This document shows, piece by piece, positions 59,049 to 64,000 of a stretch of 64,000 nt of DNA; positions within the stretch are counted from its first letter, which is position 1; each line of letters begins with the position of its first letter. Position numbers and translations under genes: made by a program. Origin of the DNA: Gammaproteobacteria bacterium. Its GTDB lineage: Bacteria; Pseudomonadota; Gammaproteobacteria; Tethybacterales; Persebacteraceae. The notes under the pieces are model-generated. The model was not told where the DNA came from, did not search any database, and was given only the letters and a program-made list of their open reading frames with translations. The stretch covers positions 256,691-320,690 of the forward strand of contig OZ251571.1 of the NCBI GenBank assembly GCA_965243565.1, given 5' to 3'.

Positions 59049-60143
59049 ATGAAAAATACAATATTTGAAATTCTTAATGCAGACAAAGACAGCAGGGGTT
59101 GGCTTTCTTTTGAGCAATTTATGTCCATTGTTCAGCATCATCCTATTTATGGTTATTATGGTCGTGGACAAGTACAAATTGGCAAAGACGGTGATTTTTA
59201 TACTGCTCCAACATTATCACCTTTATTTGGTGAAACCATCGCTATGTTTATTGAGCCAATATTACAAAATCATCGTGGCAACATTTTAGAATTGGGTGCA
59301 GGTCAAGGTGATTTAGCAGAACAAATACTATCGCAATGGAGCAATCTATATTCGGACCGTCGTTATTATATTTTAGAATTATCGCCGGCTTTAACCATTC
59401 GGCAACAGCAACGCCTTGCAAAATTTAATCAAGTCGTATGGATACAGCAATTACCCACTGCATTTGTCGGTGCAATTATTGCCAATGAGGTATTTGACAG
59501 TGTGCCTTTTCGTCTATATCGAAAAAATAAAAAACAATGGTTTGAACGCGGTGTACGCATTGAAGGCGAAAAATTGGCTTGGCAAGACACTATTGCCAGT
59601 GATGACACACACCAACCCTTGCTTAAAAAAAAATTAGCCGACGGTTATCAGACAGAAATCTCACCTCAAGCCGATGCGTTAATGCACTCGCTTGTTGATG
59701 CCCTAAAAGCGGGCATCATCGTAATAGGAGATTATGGTAGTGATGAAAATAATTACTATCACCCCCACCGTTCAATGGGGACGATGCGTTGCTACCATCA
59801 ACAAACAACAGACAACGATCCTTTAAATAATATTGGTAACAAAGATATTACTGCTCACATTAACTTTACGGCAATTGCCAATGCGGGCATCAATGCGGGC
59901 AGTCAGCTGCTAGGTTATATGACCCAAATGCAATTTTTGGCACAAGCGGGGATAACCGAACGGTTATCCACATTACACGACAGCACCACCCAAATTCGCT
60001 ATTGGCAGCAGCTGGCGATGGTACAAAAAATACTATCCCCAACAGAAATGGGTGAAACCATCAAATGGATGGTATTTGCAAAAAAAATAGACACAAAAAA
60101 ATTAGATGATTTTTTTAGCAATGACAGCCGTCACCACTTATAA
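59049..60143 (+). CDS. class I SAM-dependent methyltransferase, MidA/NDUFAF7 (DUF185) family
   Basis: …ILELGAGQGDLAEQIL… SAM-binding motif. 364 aa. Family-typical length and layout. Confidence 0.65.
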   Translation: MKNTIFEILNADKDSRGWLSFEQFMSIVQHHPIYGYYGRGQVQIGKDGDFYTAPTLSPLFGETIAMFIEPILQNHRGNILELGAGQGDLAEQILSQWSNLYSDRRYYILELSPALTIRQQQRLAKFNQVVWIQQLPTAFVGAIIANEVFDSVPFRLYRKNKKQWFERGVRIEGEKLAWQDTIASDDTHQPLLKKKLADGYQTEISPQADALMHSLVDALKAGIIVIGDYGSDENNYYHPHRSMGTMRCYHQQTTDNDPLNNIGNKDITAHINFTAIANAGINAGSQLLGYMTQMQFLAQAGITERLSTLHDSTTQIRYWQQLAMVQKILSPTEMGETIKWMVFAKKIDTKKLDDFFSNDSRHHL

Positions 60144-60306
60144 AGAAAAAAATAGCAAATTAGGTAAAATAATTTTTTAATGTATAATGACGACACTGTC
60201 AGCGGTATTTATGAGGGATATATTATTCATACGTTACTACTTTTCGTGTATAATAAAAACCACAGTAGGTATACTGTTTTACAAAAATATAAATGGAGAA
60301 AATATT

Positions 60307-61029
60307 ATGAGAAAAAAACACATAAAAGGGGTAACGCTAGTTGAAATAGCAATCGTCCTTGTAATTATTGGATTGCTTTTAGGTGGTGTTCTTAAAGGCC
60401 AAGAATTAATCAACAACGCTAAAGTCCGTGCTATCGCAGATAGACAGAATTCACTTAAGGTTGCTTGGTTTGCATTCATTGATAGATTTCAAGCATTGCC
60501 GGGTGACTATGTCTCTGCTCAGCAATATATTCCGGGTGCGGCAAATGGTGATGGTGATGGATACATTGAAGAAATGGAATCAACTATTGTTATGCAGCAT
60601 TTGGCAGGTGCAGGTTACATCCGTTGTCCACAATGTAACGCAGACGTAGCCGAAGCACCTTCTGCCATGAATTCCCTGCAAAACAATTATGGTGGCACGA
60701 TGTCTATTTGGGCTGATGGTGTTAACTATGCCTCCGTTGGTGGACCTAACAACAGTCTACGTTTGATGATTCACACCGGACCACGTATTCCAAGTAACAT
60801 TATTTCTGAAGTTGATAGAAAATTAGACGATGGTGGTGCTAATACAGGTGATGTGGTATTTAACCAGTACGATCCAGGTGTATTGCCACCAGATGTTGGT
60901 CTCTGTACCAGTAGTGCTGCCGATACGCAAACTGGGGGTACTTTGGCTGATGTCGAAGCTAATTTTTATCGCCATGCTACTGCTACCCCTCCAGTTGAAC
61001 AAAACTGCGGTGCATCTGTAAATATATAA
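60307..61029 (+). CDS. type IV pilin-like protein (prepilin-type N-terminal cleavage/methylation domain)
   Basis: Start at the ATG at 60307, preceded by a GGAG RBS. MRKKHIKG|VTLVEIAIVLVIIGLLLGG has the conserved Glu at +5 and the hydrophobic alpha1-N helix. C-terminal Cys pairs (CPQC…, C…NCGAS) are compatible with a pilin D-region. The 40 codons upstream in the tracked ORF are not protein-like. Confidence 0.6.
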   Translation: MRKKHIKGVTLVEIAIVLVIIGLLLGGVLKGQELINNAKVRAIADRQNSLKVAWFAFIDRFQALPGDYVSAQQYIPGAANGDGDGYIEEMESTIVMQHLAGAGYIRCPQCNADVAEAPSAMNSLQNNYGGTMSIWADGVNYASVGGPNNSLRLMIHTGPRIPSNIISEVDRKLDDGGANTGDVVFNQYDPGVLPPDVGLCTSSAADTQTGGTLADVEANFYRHATATPPVEQNCGASVNI

Positions 61030-61047
61030 TCGCATCACTGTATAGTT

Positions 61048-61081
61048 GCTTTTATTATAAAAAGACCTTCATTTTTATGAA
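61048..61081 (+). terminator. rho-independent terminator after the pilin gene
   Basis: AAAGACCTTCAT-TTTT-ATGAAGGTCTTT is a perfect 12-bp stem. TTTTTT follows. Confidence 0.75.
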
Positions 61082-61113
61082 GGTCTTTTTTTATTGATAT
61101 TTAAAATATTGTT

Positions 61114-62580
61114 ATGAATAAAAAATGGTTGATTGATTCTTTAATTGCAGAGCGTGAAATACCAGTTGAGTTTTCACCAAAATCGATAAAGGTTGCCGAA
61201 GAAATAGAGATGAATGTCTCTATTAACAAGGAAGAAAGAGTCGATATTTCTGATAAAAATTTAGTTACTATAGATGGTGAATTCGCTCATGATTTTGATG
61301 ATGCGGTGGAATGTCATCTTAATGAAGATGGAACGTTTATGCTGACAGTGGCAATAGCCGATGTCAGTACTTATGTGAGTAAAGGCAGTGAATTGGATAA
61401 TATAGCAAAAGAGCGGGGAAATTCGGTTTATCTCCCTGATAGAGTTATCCCAATGTTGCCTTTTAAATTATCCAATGATGTCTGTTCATTAACGCCACAA
61501 CAACCTAAAAATTGCGTTGTTTGTGAAATGCAGCTGGACGATGGTATCGTCAAATCATATCGATTTTACTTGGGTCTGATGGTTTCTAGTCGGCGCTTTA
61601 CTTATGATGAATGTCAGAAAATTATCGATCAAAAATCAGATGATTTTCCTATGGTGCATGATTTAACAAAAGCCACTATGGCTTTACGAGACCGCCGGTT
61701 GCAAGCCGGTGGTATGTTGCTAAACAAACCTGAAAAGTCTTGTCGTCTGCATAAAAATAAAGTTATTTTTGAAATAAAGTTGAGGACGACTGCTCATCTG
61801 GTTATTGAAGAAGCAATGATAGCGGCAAATCGTTGTGCGGGGCATTTTTTGATGTATAAAAAATATCCCGCGTTGTATCGTATTCATCAAGCACCAAAGG
61901 CAGACAAACTACAACAACTTAACGATTTAATATCAAATTTAAATTATAAGTTGCCTGATAGCCCAGTGGCGGCTGATTTTTCAGAGCTGATAGATAACAT
62001 AGAGCAAGATAATCCCGCCTTGGCGGATGCTTTGTTGCCATGTATTTTAGGAACGTTGTCTCGAGCAAATTTTAGCCCTAGACATGATGTAGGACATTAT
62101 GGCTTGGCGAGTGATTGCTACTTATATTTTACCTCGCCTATTCGTCGTTATGCTGATTTAATAAATCATCGCGCTATAGTAGCAGTGTTGCATGGGGCGC
62201 AACCACCTTACACAATAGAAGAATTATCGGCAATTGGTGAGCATTGCTCAACGACAGAAATACGAGCAGATAAAGCAGAATGGGATAGTCGTCAGCGTTT
62301 ATTGTGTTCTCAGGCTGAGAATTTAGTGGGTTGTACGTTTGAAGGTTTTGCTTCGGGAGTTGGTGCGCGTGGCATCTTTGTGGCTATTTCAGATCTTAAT
62401 CTTGATGGCATGATTCGCTTGTCGTCATTACCGGGTTATTGGGAACAAGAAGGTAGTTTTCCTAAAATGACAAGAGTAAGTGATGGTGAGAGTATTTGTT
62501 TGGGTGATCCTTTGACCGTAAAAATACTGGCGGTCGATGCCGAAAAAGGACAAGTTAATTTAAAGTTGACAGACAAATAA
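61114..62580 (+). CDS. rnr: RNase R/RNase II-family 3'-5' exoribonuclease lacking the N-terminal cold-shock domains
   Basis: RNB motif I …IDGEFAHDFDDAV… begins at about residue 55. A C-terminal S1 domain is present. 488 aa, against 700-800 for canonical RNase R. Followed by rlmB, as in the conserved rnr-rlmB pair. Confidence 0.75.
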   Translation: MNKKWLIDSLIAEREIPVEFSPKSIKVAEEIEMNVSINKEERVDISDKNLVTIDGEFAHDFDDAVECHLNEDGTFMLTVAIADVSTYVSKGSELDNIAKERGNSVYLPDRVIPMLPFKLSNDVCSLTPQQPKNCVVCEMQLDDGIVKSYRFYLGLMVSSRRFTYDECQKIIDQKSDDFPMVHDLTKATMALRDRRLQAGGMLLNKPEKSCRLHKNKVIFEIKLRTTAHLVIEEAMIAANRCAGHFLMYKKYPALYRIHQAPKADKLQQLNDLISNLNYKLPDSPVAADFSELIDNIEQDNPALADALLPCILGTLSRANFSPRHDVGHYGLASDCYLYFTSPIRRYADLINHRAIVAVLHGAQPPYTIEELSAIGEHCSTTEIRADKAEWDSRQRLLCSQAENLVGCTFEGFASGVGARGIFVAISDLNLDGMIRLSSLPGYWEQEGSFPKMTRVSDGESICLGDPLTVKILAVDAEKGQVNLKLTDK

Positions 62581-62593
62581 TCTAACGGTTGCT

Positions 62594-63310
62594 ATGGAAA
62601 TAATAAAAATAGCGGGAATACAACCGGTACTGTCTGCCGTACAGGCAAAGAGTATTCTAAAATTATGGATGGACAAAAACAGCCATAATTCAAGACTCAT
62701 CGAGATAAAGAATGGAGATTCTGACTTTCCAATTATTGAGGCTTCACGCTCGCAATTGGCACAGATGGTAGGCGAGGATGTTCACCATCAAGGGGTTGTG
62801 GCTGATATAGTACTACCAAGTGCATCGCTAGAAACGGCTTGTGCGGGAGACCAAACATTGGTGGTGCTTGATGGTGTTACCGATCCCCGTAACTTAGGTG
62901 CGATTATGCGAACGGCACAGGCGTTTTCGGTAGGTGCTATTATTATGGCAAAACATCGCAGCGCGCCATTGTCGGCAGTGGTTGCTCGGGTCTCTTGTGG
63001 TGCCATTGCGACATTGCCCATTATTCGTATTGGCAATATTGCGCGGGCTTTAAAAATGATAGGTGATTCCAATAGGTGGATAATCGGAGCTTGCGAAACG
63101 GGAGATAAACAAATGTTTGTTGATCGATTGCCTGATAGAGTGTGCTGGGTTTTGGGTGATGAAGGAAACGGTTTAAAACGGTTAACGCGAGAAGGGTGTG
63201 ATGAATTAATGCGTATTCCCACTGTTCAAGGTCGCGAAGGGTGTCTTAATGTTTCTAATGTTTTTGCTATCTGTATGGCAGCCCAAAAAACATCGCCTTG
63301 TCAGCAATAA
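62594..63310 (+). CDS. rlmB: 23S rRNA (guanosine-2'-O)-methyltransferase RlmB (SpoU/TrmH family)
   Basis: SPOUT motifs (…VLDGVTDPRNLGAIMRTA…, …LGDEGNGL…). 238 aa. Confidence 0.85.
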   Translation: MEIIKIAGIQPVLSAVQAKSILKLWMDKNSHNSRLIEIKNGDSDFPIIEASRSQLAQMVGEDVHHQGVVADIVLPSASLETACAGDQTLVVLDGVTDPRNLGAIMRTAQAFSVGAIIMAKHRSAPLSAVVARVSCGAIATLPIIRIGNIARALKMIGDSNRWIIGACETGDKQMFVDRLPDRVCWVLGDEGNGLKRLTREGCDELMRIPTVQGREGCLNVSNVFAICMAAQKTSPCQQ

Positions 63311-63540
63311 TTCCGTTATTTTTAGTAACTTTTACTTAGTTTTATCGCATAGTAGAGTACAATTCACGCATAGAATATTTATAGGGCAATCATAATAATA
63401 ATTACTATAAAAATTAGTATGGTATGAGTTGCTTCTGTGTTTAAAACACACAAAAAAATGGATTATATTTTTTAATATAATTAATAACAAATTGTTCTCT
63501 GTTTGGCAAAACTAGACCAAATTGAGGAAAGGACTATTGA

Positions 63541-64000
63541 ATGAACCAAATTTACATTAACACGAAAGAATCAGAAGAAAATAGAGTAATTGTTGTCAAT
63601 AACGGAAAATTAATTGGCTACGAGCAAGAAAGAGTAGGAGAAGAAAACAGAAAAGGAAATATTTACAAAGGCATTGTTACTTTGGTTGAAGGGAGTTTAA
63701 ATGCCGTTTTTGTTGATATTGGTGAGGAAAAAAAAGGGTTACTTCCTATTCGTGAAATCCCTGCCGCCGCTATTGAAGGTGGTGTTGATAACATCAAAAA
63801 AGGGGATTGTCTGTTAGTACAGATAAAAAAAGATCACATGGGCGACAAAGGTCCTGGGCTTACAGGGTATATTTCTTTGGCAGGGCATTACTTGGTCTTG
63901 CAGCCGAATCGTAAAAACGCAACGATGATTTCAAAACAAGGCAGACCTGATTTACGCCGTAAAATGCAGGAAATTGTTGGTTCGTTAGAACTGCCTGATA
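63541..64000 (+). CDS. ribonuclease E/G family endoribonuclease, N-terminal part (runs off window end)
   Basis: MNQIYINTKESEENRVIVVNNGKLIGYEQERV…NIYKGIVTLVEGSLNAVFVDIG…GLLPIREI matches the RNase E/G S1-domain N-terminus. GAGGAAAGG RBS. A leader of about 230 nt precedes it. Confidence 0.7.
   Translation, partial: MNQIYINTKESEENRVIVVNNGKLIGYEQERVGEENRKGNIYKGIVTLVEGSLNAVFVDIGEEKKGLLPIREIPAAAIEGGVDNIKKGDCLLVQIKKDHMGDKGPGLTGYISLAGHYLVLQPNRKNATMISKQGRPDLRRKMQEIVGSLELPD

Noticed and set aside
60187-60306. N-terminal 40 codons of the tracked pilin ORF (MTTLSAVFMRDILF...)
   Set aside because: The sequence is not protein-like and there is no RBS. The ATG at 60307 is preceded by GGAG and yields a classical prepilin leader.

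Overview
Moderately AT-rich, Gram-negative (gammaproteobacterial-type) chromosomal window, densely packed with core genes. The synteny blocks are canonical: lon-glnA, fabZ-lpxA-lpxB-rnhB, rpsB-tsf-pyrH, rpsF-rpsR-rplI, tmk-holB-tatD, mlaFEDCB, rpe-gph and rnr-rlmB. Also present are a phaCAB polyhydroxybutyrate operon, an aapJQMP-type general amino-acid ABC transporter, a tupABC-like oxoanion transporter, argJ, anmK, two c-type cytochromes, and a tRNA-Gly/Cys/Leu cluster.

The ORF track misses two RNA genes. RNase P RNA (rnpB) lies on the minus strand at about 3959-4298, under a pile of spurious overlapping + strand ORFs. An orphan 5S rRNA at about 44127-44242 has a TATAAT promoter of its own and no 16S or 23S gene nearby.

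Other points of interest, in window order:
- A sigma-32 heat-shock promoter in front of lon.
- An in-frame (GCCAAAGCC)n repeat inside lon that encodes an (AKA)n tract.
- A broken pyrH|fabZ junction: the frr-uppS-cdsA-rseP-bamA-skp-lpxD block is missing.
- A strong hairpin between the transporter substrate-binding gene and its permease genes.
- An adjacent pair: a CHASE2 class III adenylate cyclase and a class II cAMP phosphodiesterase.
- An RNase R homologue that lacks its N-terminal cold-shock domains.

The most novel-looking element is a ~6 kb stretch (49218-55285) of much lower GC than its flanks. Sampled 60-nt stretches read about 28-30% GC against about 45-52% in flanking core genes. It encodes two tandem ~1000-aa single-pass membrane proteins with huge TPR-like extracytoplasmic domains and no recognisable catalytic motif. 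A perfect palindrome sits just upstream, and a DesA-like membrane desaturase follows. No CRISPR array, integrase or prophage was seen.
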